NCBI RefSeq assembly: GCF_009914755.1
Contig: NC_060937.1
Origin: the human T2T-CHM13v2.0 reference genome, Homo sapiens
DNA: 64,000 bases
Direction: 5' to 3' (one strand)
This document shows, one piece after another, positions 41,054-56,014 of the stretch. Positions within the stretch are counted from its first letter, which is position 1. Each line of letters begins with the position of its first letter. The notes beneath the pieces are model-generated. The model ran no database searches. It was not told where the DNA came from and was given only the letters and a program-made list of their open reading frames with translations. A program made the position numbers and the translations under genes.

Positions 41054-43108
41054 ATGTCACTTTCTAACATGCCCCAAGTTTTCTCAAGACCTCAAAAGGA
41101 GAGAAATTTACTCATAGGTATTTGAGGATACAAACCTATGGCTGTGTTTGGATTAAAAAAAAAAAAGTCTTATCTGAGATTCCTTATGGAACAAAGTTCC
41201 ATCAAAGCCAATTTTAAAAGACTATGTAAAAAATAATTACTCTTGCTGCACTTTACACAAATAATCAGGCCACATATAAGACAAAAGCTATTTTTGCAAA
41301 CAAATCAGTCCTATTATGATTTGTTTTTAATAAAAATGAGAGACTGGAGAGAGAAAAATTGCATTTCAAAATAAGCTATAGTACATCTGTTATTAGTTTC
41401 TAGTCTTGCCTAATGTTTTTCAATTTTTATTATTCTCTACAAATTGGACTGAATTCTAACATTTTTCTTGGCTACAAGTCTCCAAAATAATGTTTGAATT
41501 TTTTTCCTTCTTTCTTTTCCCTTTTTCATTCATTTTTCCTAATTTGAAATCACTGAAAACTAATCTGTGCTTTCTTAAAGCCTTGCAAACTGAAGCTAGA
41601 CATCTTAAACTTCGGAAGGAAATAACAGCAACCTATTTACATACATAAGCCACATCGATACCTGCCTACTGTTGTGTGTGTGGACTTCAGCATAATACAG
41701 CCTACATTGATTTTCCAGGATTGTTCTTTTTTTTCATTTGTTGTTGTTTTCTTCTTTCCTGCCCCTATTTTCTCTTCATAGAACATGAGACTTCACAATC
41801 AGCTGAAAATGAGCTTTCCTCATAATGTGGGACCTACCCATCTAGGAATAAATCACCCTAGCCATGAGAGATTAGATGAAACCTGAGACTAATTTGTGAC
41901 TAATTTTCTTCTACAAGGTGACTAATTTTCTTCTACAATGCTTTGTCTGAAAGATTTTAAAAAGAAAAGGGGGGAAATGTGAAAGGAAAATAAAACTTAG
42001 TACCCCCAAATCACTACGCTAATGGGAAAAGTCAAGCTGGGGACTGAATATAATAGTACCTCCCATTCTATTCAAAGACATTCCTCTGAGTCTCTCCTGA
42101 GACAAAATAATATCGTATTGCTTCCACTCCCCTATTGTTTATGTAAAAATGCAGATTCATTGAGCCAGACTAAATTGTATATTCAGTGGGAGGCTGATCA
42201 AAGACTTAAAAGAATGCAACATTTTGTCTCTTCTTCTAACCCAGAAGCCATTGCTTTTGAATTGTCATGCCTTACCAGATTGAACCTATGTTTATTTTAC
42301 ACATATTGATTGATGTCTCATGTTTCATGTCTCCCTAAAATGTATAAGAGCAAACTGTACCCCACCCACTTTAGGCATATATCTCAGAACTTCCTGAGGC
42401 TGTGTCATGAGCACATTCTTAACCTTGGCAAAATGAACTTTCTAAATTGACTGAAACTTCTCTCAGATATTTGGGGTTCACATATACATATTTTGGACCA
42501 GGGTGATTTACTTTCATTCCAGTATCTAATTGTAACCCTTTAAATTTATTGTTTTAGTATGGCTGACTCTGACTTTAGAAGTAAATTCCTGAGCATAGCA
42601 ATCTGTAAAACATGGAATACAGCTATTTCCAGACAGAGGTGATATTCAAAATATACAATAACACAGAAACAATATTATTAATACACATACATGTATGAGC
42701 ATATTTTCCATGGCTGAATTATTTTCTACCTTAGAAATGCAACATCTATTATATTTCTTCTAAGTGCATGTTAACATACTATAAGCAATTTAACTTGTTT
42801 TTACTTGTATATTAAACACAATACTGACTTTGCAAAACTATCAATTCACTTTTTCATTGCTTAAAAAGTCAATTTTCTTCTTTAATCACTAAAAGACGGT
42901 TTTACTTCTACTTTCTGGTATTGTGTTTTTAAGTTATAAGATCTGACATTATCAGAGATTCCACAATTCTTAATTTCCACAATTTAAGAGTAATTATGAA
43001 TCTCAAGGTAAAACAAATGTGAATCAAACAATTAACACATAGTTTGTTTTCTCTTGACAAATTTAAAGATTTATGTGAAATAAAATCAAGTCTAGAAAAT
43101 TGTTTCTC

Positions 43109-43361
43109 AGCTGGGCATGGTGGTTCATGCCTGTAACTCCAGCGCTTTGGGAGCCCAAGGCGGGCAGATCGCTTGATGTCAGGAGTTTGCCACAAGCCTG
43201 GCCAACATGGTGAAACCCCATCTCTCCTAAAAATATAAAAAATTAGCCAGGCATGGTCGTGCACACCTCTAGTACCAGCTACTAGAGGCTGAGACAGGAG
43301 AATCACTTGAACCTGGAAGGCAGAAGTTTCAGTGAGCCAAGATTGTGCCACTCAAAAAAAA
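43109..43361 (+). mobile_element. AluS lacking about 35 nt before the tail
   Basis: Right arm ends GTGCCACTC-AAAAAAAA. Confidence 0.9.
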
Positions 43362-45326
43362 TAATGTTTCTTTGATAAGTAACATTCATAATTCTCAATA
43401 GCCTCCAAAAGAAGGAAGGATTGACTGTATGATTAAATTGATAGATGTATAGTGAATGATTTTCAGTCTTGGCTCAAATTTGTGGAGAAAAAATGATTTT
43501 CAATGCATAAAAATGGCTAACAAATTCATTTAACATAGTGTTTTATTTTTCTCTATAACTTTGACTCAAAAACAGTAAGATCTTGAAAAAAAATTAACTG
43601 TAATGATTAAATCCTTAATGCTCTGCCTCAACAGAAAAAGATAAAACCCCAGAATATAGCCAATGAACACTTCTTCAAAGAAGCACTGAAATGCTGTCAT
43701 ACTGCATTTCTTCCAACAGAAATATCAACAGCCATAGTATCATGTACTGCAATGGAGATCTAATGTTGCAACAGGCTCGTTTGATAACATATGGTTGAAA
43801 AATAACCTACTAAGATTATTTTTATCAGGTAATATTATATTTGCCAATATGGATGGGGCTAAAATTAACAGAAGCACTGGAATGATAAGTGCTAAGGGTA
43901 TTTTTATTTTAAGGTGAAATAAAAATTAGTTATTTTAGTAAACTTAATTTCCCTACATGTTTTCCTCTATTTCTGTGCCCATTTCTTTTCACTTTTAGAT
44001 TATGAAGTTTACCTTAGTGCCAACAGTTTATACACATTGTTCATGACTTAAAATTAATATGATATTTATACCAATGTTAAGTAAAACTGTGATTTCATGA
44101 TACCTAAATCTGTAAAAAATTTCTTCTCAGTAAGATAATAAAATATACTGGCCAATATAAAGAAATATGACATATTTATGAAATGATATTTATTATTTCC
44201 TTTGAAAAGCATACAATCCCCATGAGTTCAAATGTGTTTGCATGTTTGTGCTAGGATTTATGGGATAACAAAGATGTACATCACCAGATTAAATCCCATT
44301 GGCTGGCTTCCAGAAGGTTGACAGGGTATTAGTTTCTTGATAATTTTACCACAGTCAAGAAAGTACATCTAAAACTAGCAGACTCAAAACATAATTTAAT
44401 TAGAATACATGGAATGTATCCACTTCTCCAAACTTGTCTTAATTTAATTGCACTAAGAAAACTGATGCATACAATCAGAATTGCTTTTTGGCAATAAACT
44501 CATTTCAGCCATAATCCAATACAAGCATTTCTAAAAAATTTTCATAGCACTAACAAGAACATTAGTTTGTACCATAGGTGCTAACTTGAGCTGTCTGAGC
44601 TGGCAATTCAGCTTGGGCAGAGATTGTCATAATGAATATTTAAATTGAACAAAAACAATAGAATGAAAATGTTTACATAGCTGTCATTACTACAGTGCTG
44701 GTAGATATTGAGACCACACAGATGGAATAAAAAGTATTCGTCTGTGAGTGTGCCATTAGGATGGAGAGAGTTGTAAGCCAGGATGTGAGAGACTGATAAT
44801 CTAATCCGGGTAGGGAGTTGCAAGATCTGATGCTTGGTTTTCATTTTCCTAAACACAGTTGTAAGAACTCCTACTGTCAGTGCCAGCAGCCAAGCTTAGG
44901 TTTGTGTTTTTCCCCTTGTCCCACCATCCTGACTTACCCAGTATAGGAAGTAAAATCACATACAAAGTAACACAAGTGCATTATATACCGATATCTTTCT
45001 TTATTTATGATTTATATATACTGCATTATGTGCACACATTGTGGCAGAACAGATTAAATAAAAATGAATATAACCTCAGGCTCATAGGGTCTTTCTCATT
45101 GGGAGGACATATGTATAATTCAATTGTTTCATAGCATCAAGCTAAAAAACATGCTTTGTTCTCTATAGTAGATATTTCTTATCGGTGAAGAATTACACAC
45201 AATTTCATTGGTTAAAATTATTTTGAAGTCTTAAATGGGCATTTTACAAGCTTTTTCTTATGACATTTATAAGATTCCAGGGATCAAGAGCATCAGATCA
45301 TCTTGATGCCTTATTTCCTATATCAT

Positions 45327-45758
45327 TGCTGTAGTGTGGATATTTGTCATCTAAATTCTATGTTAAAATTTGATCTCCAATGTTGGATGTGGGGCCTGAT
45401 GGAAGGTGTTTGGGTTTTGGGGGCAGATTCCTCATGAATAGAGTGATGCCTTCCATGAGGAAGGGGGTGGTGAGTGAGCCCTCATTCTGTTAGTTCCCTT
45501 GAGAGGTGGTTGTCAAAAAGAGCCTGACACCTCCCTCTCATATCCCTTGTTTCCTCTCCTACCATGTGATCTCTGCACATGCTGGCTCCACTTCACTTTC
45601 TGCCTTGAGTGGAAGCAGATTGAAGGCCTCACCAGATGCAGATGCTGATGTCATGCTTCTTGAACAGCACGCTGAATCATGAGCTAAATAAACCTCTATT
45701 CTATAAATATTACCTGGCCTCATGTATTACCATGTGGCAACACGTATAATCTAAGATA
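45327..45758 (+). mobile_element. MaLR solo LTR (MSTB/MSTC-like)
   Basis: TGCTGTAGTGTGGAT...AATAAACCTCT...CTAAGATA; flanks ATCAT/ATCCT. Confidence 0.8.
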
Positions 45759-45884
45759 ATCCTAATACCACTACCCTAGTTACAATCAAGATTGTAACTA
45801 ATCTGACCATAAATATGTAATTGTAGTTGAATTCGAGCATATTGTCTTTTATGCGTTATGTTGATTGAAATTTTAACTGTAGAT

Positions 45885-46110
45885 CAACGTTTCTCAACAT
45901 TGACATTTTGGGCTGGATAATTCTTTGTCATAAGAACTGTTCTGCAAATTATAGGATTTTTAGCCATATCTCTATCCTCTTCCCACTAGATAATGTATGG
46001 AAGATTACCAGCAGCTCCCCCTCTCCAGTTGTAACAAACAATAAAAAACCTCACCAGACATTGCAAAAATCCCCTGGGGGTCAAAAACCCCACAATCTGA
46101 GACATTGCTC
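45885..46110. mobile_element. MER20-like DNA transposon (hAT) remnant
   Basis: TTCTCAAC..GACATTTTGGGCTGGATAATTCTTTGT..CCAGACATTGC..CCCCTGGGG. Confidence 0.7.
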
Positions 46111-46775
46111 TTGACGAAAATATTCCTAATAAATTAAGGACTGATTTTTAAATCCTGTTTTTCCTTGTAAGATATTAGATCCTCCATATATTCTATAGCC
46201 TTCAAGAATTGGAAAGAGTAGAGAGCAGAGACTTTATCCCTTCCACTATCACATCTTTTAAATAAAGGAAGAAATTTGAAAAATAATTAATACAAGTATG
46301 GGTTGGGTTAGTACATTTTTTAAAATCCCTATCATTGCTTCCTTAAAATGTCTGTTAACATTTCAGCAGTCAAGGTTTAATTATAGTGATGTGCCTATTT
46401 TTATGGGTTTTCTGTTCCTCTTCTAGAATATGTTTTGCTAGTGTTTACCTCCAATAATACCATCAAAGAGAATTATCTTGCAAGATTAAAAATATAAATA
46501 TAGGGGAGATAAATCAGACATTCACAAAGGTCTACTTTTACAAAATGTCATTAATAATATATTATTTTTCTGCTAGATGTAATACAGCACTCACAAGAAA
46601 GTAAAATAGTTCTGCTAACATATTGCATCTTATAGACTCTCAATACATCTTAACATAATAAATGTTATGTACTTACATGAAGAATACTGTTTAACAGTGC
46701 TTAAATCCCTATATTTCAATATCATTTGAAATATAAAATCATCCGTAGGTAACATTATTCAAAACCCATCATAAA

Positions 46776-47094
46776 TTTATTTATTTATTTATTTTGAGAT
46801 GGAGTTTTGCTCTTGTTGCCCAGGCTGGAATGCAGTCAGGCTGGAGTTCAGTGGTGAGATCTCAGCTCACTTCAACCTCCGCCTCCTGGGTTCAAGTGAG
46901 TCTCCTGCCTCAGCCTCCCAAGTAGTTGGGATTATAGGTGCATGCCACCATGCCCCGCTAATTTTTGTATTTTTAGTAGAGACAGGGTTTCACCATGTTG
47001 GCCAGGCTGGTCTCAAACTCCTGACCTCAGGTGATTCGCCCACCTTGGCCCCCCAAAGTGCTGGGATTACAGGTGTTAGCCACTGCCCCCGGCC
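46776..47094 (-). mobile_element. AluS with an internal 16-bp tandem duplication
   Basis: CAGGCTGGAATGCAGT-CAGGCTGGAGTTCAGT; (ATTT)n tail. Confidence 0.93.
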
Positions 47095-47464
47095 TGTTTA
47101 ATATTTTTATATTTCAAACTGAATGCCTTATTTTTTTCTATTTTGTGTAACTGTGGACAATGTGGGTGCTTGAAGCAAAACAGGCATTAAGGTGAATCTT
47201 TGTAGAATGTAGTTTATTTACAAACTGGATATTTTTTTCTCATTTTCTATTTTTATTTTTAATGTTTATGGATATATAGTTATTGAACATATTTATGGGG
47301 TACATATGATATTTTGATACAAGCATAAAATGTATAATGATCAAATCTGGGTTATTGTGATATTCATCACCTCAAAAATGTATTATTTCTTTCTGTTAGT
47401 AACATTCTAAATCTCTTTTACCTATTTTGTAATATATAATACATTATTGTTAACTATAGTCACC

Positions 47465-50248
<2,784 letters not shown>

Positions 50249-51216
50249 ATGCCCTGTAGTGCTATTGAATACCAGGACTTATTTCTTCTATATAAATGTT
50301 TTTTTTATTGATTAACAAACTCCTCTGCAATTCTCCACCCCACCACCTTTTCCATCTTTGGTAACCACCATTATATTTACTATATCCATGGGATCATGTT
50401 TTTAGCTCTCACATGTGCATGGGACCATGCAATATTTGTCCTTCTGTGCTGGCTTATTTCAATTAACATAATGTTTTCCAATTCCATACATGATGAGACA
50501 AAAGAAAGGATTTCATTCTTCTTTATGCCTAAATGATACTCCTTTGTATATATTTACCACATTTTCTTTAGACATTCATGTCTTGATGGACACTGAGGTT
50601 GATTGCATATCTTGGCTTTTTCAATAGTTATACAATAAATATGGGAGGGCAGATATGTCTTTAATATACTTGTTTCATCTCTTTTTGACATTTACCCAGT
50701 GGTGGGATTGCTGGATCATATGGTAATTCTACTTTCAGTTTATTAAGGAAACACTATACTGTTTTCCATAGTTCCTACACTAATTATACTCTCAGGGACC
50801 ATATGTAAGTGTTCCCCTAGGGTTTGCCTTTCCCCAAGTCCTTATCAGAATTTGTTATTTTCTGTCTTTTTGATAATATTTATTTTACCTGGGGTAAGAT
50901 GAGAACTCATTGTGGTTTTTATTTACATTTCCCTGACAATTAATGCTGTTGAGTATTTTTTCATATATCTCTTGGCCATTTGTATCTTTTAAAACAAATG
51001 TCTATTCAAATCACTTCCCCGTTTTTAACGGATTATTTGCTTTTTTTGCTATTGAGTTGAGTTCTTTATATATTCTGTTTATTAATCCCTTGTTAAGTTG
51101 ATAGTTTTCAAATATTTTTGCCCATTCAGATTTCTTTTCAATATATTGATTTTTCTTTGCTGTGTAGAAGTGTTTTGGCTCGACATTATCTCATTTGAAA
51201 ATTTTTACTTTGGTTT

Positions 51217-51377
51217 TTTATTAGTCTGTTTTCACACTGCTATAAAGAATAACTGAGACTAGGTAATTTATAAAGGAAAGAATTTTAAATGACTTATAGT
51301 TTTGCATGGCTATGGAGACTTCTGGAAGCTTACAATCATGGCAGAAGGTGAATGGGAAGCCAGGCATGTCCTACATT
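51217..51377 (-). mobile_element. THE1/MST LTR fragment
   Basis: TATTAGTCTGTTTTCACACTGCTATAAAG..GTAATTTATAAAGGAAAG. Confidence 0.8.
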
Positions 51378-51893
51378 GTAATATTTTTCAACATCAATTT
51401 TGAGACTTCTTAAAAATTTCACAGATCTGCCAGGACTTGGTCAAGATGTTTATTTGCTTTGATTCTGAAAATAAATAAACAAACTCAAATAAAATAACAA
51501 CAACAAACATGAAAATAGGCCATCAAAATAAGACTGAGGCCTTGAAAGAGTTTTATAACTTTAAGAGAGTTGCATTTCAAGCTATTGGTGTAAGAATAAT
51601 CACAGCCCGGCCGATATCCATTGTCTTTAATACATATTGTTGAAGGGCATATTTTGGCATATTTATGTCAGTAGTCCAAGAAAAATAAGCTTTGATTCTA
51701 AAGTGCTCATACTTTTAATTTGCATCTCACTCGTACTTTTGGAGGGGTCCTCAGAAAGTTTACTGGCATGGTCAATTCTTATATACCAACCCAAAGTTTT
51801 CAACTCCTTTGACAAAAAGTTAAGCTATATTTTCCACACTTTATTATCTATTTGTTGACTTTTCAGTGCTCACAATTTTAGAGGAAATGATTT

Positions 51894-52389
51894 TGAGAGG
51901 TGAAGCCAACTGGACTTCCTGGGTCGAGTGGGGACTTTGGGAACTTTCCTGTCTTACAAGAGGCTTGCAAAATTCACCAATCAGGATCTTTCCTGTCTTA
52001 CAAGAGGTTTGTAAAACGCACCAATCAGCACTCTGTAAAATGCACCAATCAGTGCTCTGTAAAATGCACCTATCAGCAGGATTTTAAAAGTAGCCAATCA
52101 TGGGGAGGATTGAGAAAAGGGCATTCTGATAGGACAGAAACAGAACATGGGAGGGGACAAATAAGGGAATAAAAACTGGCCACCCCAGCCAGCAGCAGCA
52201 ACCCACTTGGGTTCCCTTCCATGCTGTGGAAGCTTTGTTCTTTTGCTCTTCACAGTAAACATTGCTGCTGCTCACTCTTTGGGTCCGTGCCACCCTTAAG
52301 AGCTGTAACACTCACCGCAAAGGTCTGCAGCTTCATTCTTGAAGTCAGCAAGATCACGAACCCACAGGCAGGAACCAACTCCAGACACA
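51894..52389 (+). repeat. 5' LTR (LTR12 family)
   Basis: TGAGAGGTGAAGCCA...GACACA, with tandem GCACCAATCAG (CCAAT) repeats. Confidence 0.95.
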
Positions 52390-52392
52390 ACT

Positions 52393-52410
52393 TGGGGGTT
52401 TATCCGGGAT
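52393..52410 (+). promoter_or_regulatory. Primer-binding site, tRNA-Pro type
   Basis: TGGGGGTTTATCCGGGAT versus PBS-Pro TGGGGGCTCGTCCGGGAT: 15/18 match, three transitions, two of them at a CpG. Confidence 0.85.
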
Positions 52411-53460
52411 AGCACCACATGATGAGTATCACTGGACCCCTTTCACTTGCTATTCTGTCCTATTTTTCCTTAGAATTTGGGGGCTAAACACTGGTCACCT
52501 GTTGGCAAGTTAAAAGTGGCTAGCATGGCCGCTGGAATAAAGACATGGGTGTCAGGCTTTCTGGGAAATGGCTCTCTAACAATCGCTGACTCTTCAGAGT
52601 CAGGAGCGTTGGTTTGCCTGGAACCAGCTTCTGCTTTTCCTGCACTTCCGGGCTGAGCTGAGGGTCGACAGAGGAAAGTCATTCAGCTCTGGGGTCCCAG
52701 TAAAAATTTGGTTGACCCTGCAGCCATGAGCAGAACTCTCAAAGTTATGTCATCCATGAGAGACTCGCCCATCTATCCTATCTATCCTGACCCTTGCTTC
52801 CTGGTTCCTAATGCTGTCAGACAAACCCTCCCACCTCTCTTCTCCAAGGCTAGTCCCACTTCTAAAAACCACTCCTTGTCCCTGGTGGTCTTCTAGTTTC
52901 TCCTATAAGGAAGATTTCTAATATAAATTTTGGGACTCTGTTCCCTTCTTTAGGCACCTGGGCTCACCAATCAGAAAGACATAATTTTTGCCCGAACTCC
53001 CATTTGGGGGGGCATTATCAGGAATTTTAGGATCCATCCTCAGACTAGCAGGCCTAACAAAGGCTATTCCCAAAGCTAGGATATGGGGAGCCTCAGAAAT
53101 TATATCCTTCCTATTCATATGATGAGAAGTGAGGACAAAAGTTGTCACTCTTCCAACCCTGGAGATCCCTTCCCTCCCTCAGGGTATGGCCCTCCACTCC
53201 ATTTTGAGGCATAACTTTATAGGACAAGGGTAAGGTCCCAATACCCACAGGAGAAAATGCTTAGGACTCTAACTAACAGGTTTCAAGAATGCTTCAGTAA
53301 GGGCCACTAAATCCAACCTTCCTTGGTCCCGTTTGTGGTCTAGGAGGAAAACTAGTGTTTCCGCTGCTGCTTCAGTGAGTGCAACTATTCTGAACACAGG
53401 GTCCAGGGACTGTTGTAGGTTCTTGGCAGGTGGGAAAAAATGGGCAGTTTTTTCTTTCAG

Positions 53461-56014
53461 GTGGGAAACACTCAGGCATCAGCAGGCTCACCCTTGAAAT
53501 GCATCCTAAGCCATTGGGACCAATTTGACCCACAAACCCTGCAAAAGAAGTGGCTCATTTTTTTCTGCATTATAGCCTGGCCCCAATATTCTCTCTCTGA
53601 AGGGGAAAAATGGCCACCTGAGGGAAGTATAAATTACAATACTATCCTGCATCTTGACTTTTCCGTAAGAGGGAAGGCAAATGGAATGAAATACCTTATG
53701 TCCAAGCTTTCTTTTCATTGGAGGATAATCCACAAGTATGCAAAGCTTGCAATTTACATTCCACAGGAGGACCTCTCAGCTTACACTCCAGATCCTAGCC
53801 TTCCTACAGCTCCCCTTCCTATTAATGATAAGACTCCTCTAATCTCCCCAACCCAGAAGGAAACAAGCAAAGAAATATCCAAGGGACCATAAAAACCCCC
53901 AGGCTATTGGTTATGTCCCCTTTAAGCTGTAGGTGGAGGGTATTTTGGCCCAACCTGCATATATGTCCCCTTCTCCTTCTCTGATTTAAAACAGATCAAG
54001 GTAGACCTGGAGAAGTTTTCAGATGATTCTGATAGGTATATAGATGTCCTACAGGGTCTAGGGCAAACCTTGGACCTCACCTGGATAGATGTCATGCTAC
54101 TCTTAGATCAAACCCTGGCCTTTACTGAAATGTTGTAGGAAGTCAGGGATCCTGAACGGAGGGACCAGCTGAAGCCATGGCAAAAGAACATGGATTGTGA
54201 AGATTTCTTGGACATTTATTAGTTACCCAAATTAATACTTTTATAATTTCTTACACCTGTCTTTACTGCAATCTCTGAACATAAATTGTGAAGATTTCAT
54301 GGACACTTATCACTTCCCAAATCAATACCCTTGCGATTTCCTATGCCTGTCGTTACTTTAATCTCTTAAATCTGTCATCTTCGTAAGCTGAGGAGGATGT
54401 ATGTCGCCTCAGGACCCTGTGATGATTGCATTAACTGCACAAATTGTTTGTAGAGCAAGTGTATTTGAACAATATGAAAACTGGGCACCTTGAAAAAAGA
54501 ACAGGATAACAGCACATTCAGGGAACACGAGAGATAACTTTAAACTCTGACTGCCAGTGAGCTGGGTGGAACAGAGACATATTTCTCTTCTTTCAAAAGC
54601 AAATGGGAGAAATATCGCTGAATTCTTTTTCTCAGCAAGGAACATTGCTGAGAAAGAGAATGTGTCCCTGAGGGTAGGCCTCTGAAATGGCAGCTTCAGG
54701 GGTGGCCGTCTTTTATGGTCACAGCTGTAGAGATGAAATAAGCCCCAGTCTCCTGTAGCACTCCCAGGCTTATTAGGATGAGGAAATTCCCACCTAATAA
54801 ATTTGGTCAGACCGGTTGTCTGCTCTCAAACCCTGTCTCCTGATAAGATGTTTTCAATGACAATGTGTGCCTGAAACTTCATTAGCAATTTTAATTTTGC
54901 CCCAGTCCTGTGGTCCTGTGATCTTACCCTGCCTCCATTTGCCTTGTGATATTCTATTACCTTGTGAAGCATGTGATCTCTGTGACCCACACCCTATTCA
55001 TACACTCCCTCCCCTTTATAAAATCACTAATAAGAACTTGCTAGTTTTGTGGCTTGTGGTGTATTATGGAACCTGTCGACATGTGATGTCTCCCCTGGAC
55101 ACCCGGCTTTAAAATTTTTCTCTTTTGTACTCTGTCCCTTTATTTCTCAGACCAGCCAACCCTCAGGGAAAATAGAAAAGAACCTACATGAAATATCAGG
55201 GCTGAATTTTGCCCAATACTGAAAGAATGCGGCTTTAGCTGCAGCCGAAGAGTTTGGAGATACCTGGTATGTTAGTGAAGTAAATGATAGAATGACAGCC
55301 AAAGAAAGGGACAAATTCCCAACTGGTCAGCAAGCCATCCCCAGTGTGGATCCCAACTGGGACCTCAACTCAGATCATGGGGACTGGAGTGGCAAACATC
55401 TTTTGATCTGTGTTCTAGAAGGACTAAGAAGAATTAGGAAAAAGCCCATGAATTATTCAATGATATCCACCATAAGTCAGGGAAAGGGAGAAAATCCTTT
55501 CGCCTTCCTTGAGCGGTTATGGGAGGCCTTAAGAAAGTGTATTCCCCTGTCACCTGACTCCCTCCAGGGTCAATTGATCCTCAAAGATAAGTTTATTACC
55601 CAATCAGCTGCAAATATTAGGAGAAAGCTCCAAAAGCGAGCCCTGGGCCCTGAACAAAATCTGTAGGCATTATTAAATCTGGCAACCTCAGTGTTCTGTA
55701 ATAGGGACCAAGAGGAACAGGTCCAAAAGGAAAAGTGAGATCAGAGAAAGGCCACAGCCTTAGTCATGGCCCTCAGAAAAACAAACCTTGGTGGTTCAGA
55801 GACAACAGAAAATGGAGCAGACCAATCTCCCAGTAGGGCTTGTTATCAGTGTGGTTTGCAAGGACACTTTAAAAAAGATTGTCCAACAAGAAACAAGCCG
55901 CCCCCTCGTTCAAGTCCACTATGCTAAGGCAATCACTGGAAGATGCACTGCTCCAGAGGACAAAGGTTCTCTGGGCCAGAAGCCTCCAATCAGATGATCC
56001 AACAACAGGACTGA
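53461..56014 (+). pseudogene. gag: ERV9 gag, disrupted by stops, frameshifts and a MER11 insertion
   Basis: GNTQASAGSPLKCILSHWDQFDPQ matrix start (ATG appears as GTG); MHR QGKGENPFAFLERL; zinc knuckle CYQCGLQGHFKKDC at 55841-55882. Confidence 0.92.
54131..55218 (+). mobile_element. MER11 solo LTR (HERV-K11/HML-8) inserted in gag
   Basis: TGTTGTAGGAAGTCAGGGA...duplicated ATTGTGAAGATTTC units...GCCCAATA; perfect 6-bp TSD CTGAAA, the length typical of betaretroviruses. Confidence 0.92.

Noticed and set aside
46799-47101. Alu-derived ORFs (also 19455, 20784, 29662, 37297, 42929, 49658)
   Set aside because: Typical Alu translations ([17 protein letters not shown]); not genes.
52005-52080. 24-bp direct repeat array
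   Set aside because: Standard LTR12 U3 CCAAT repeats, not a novel array.
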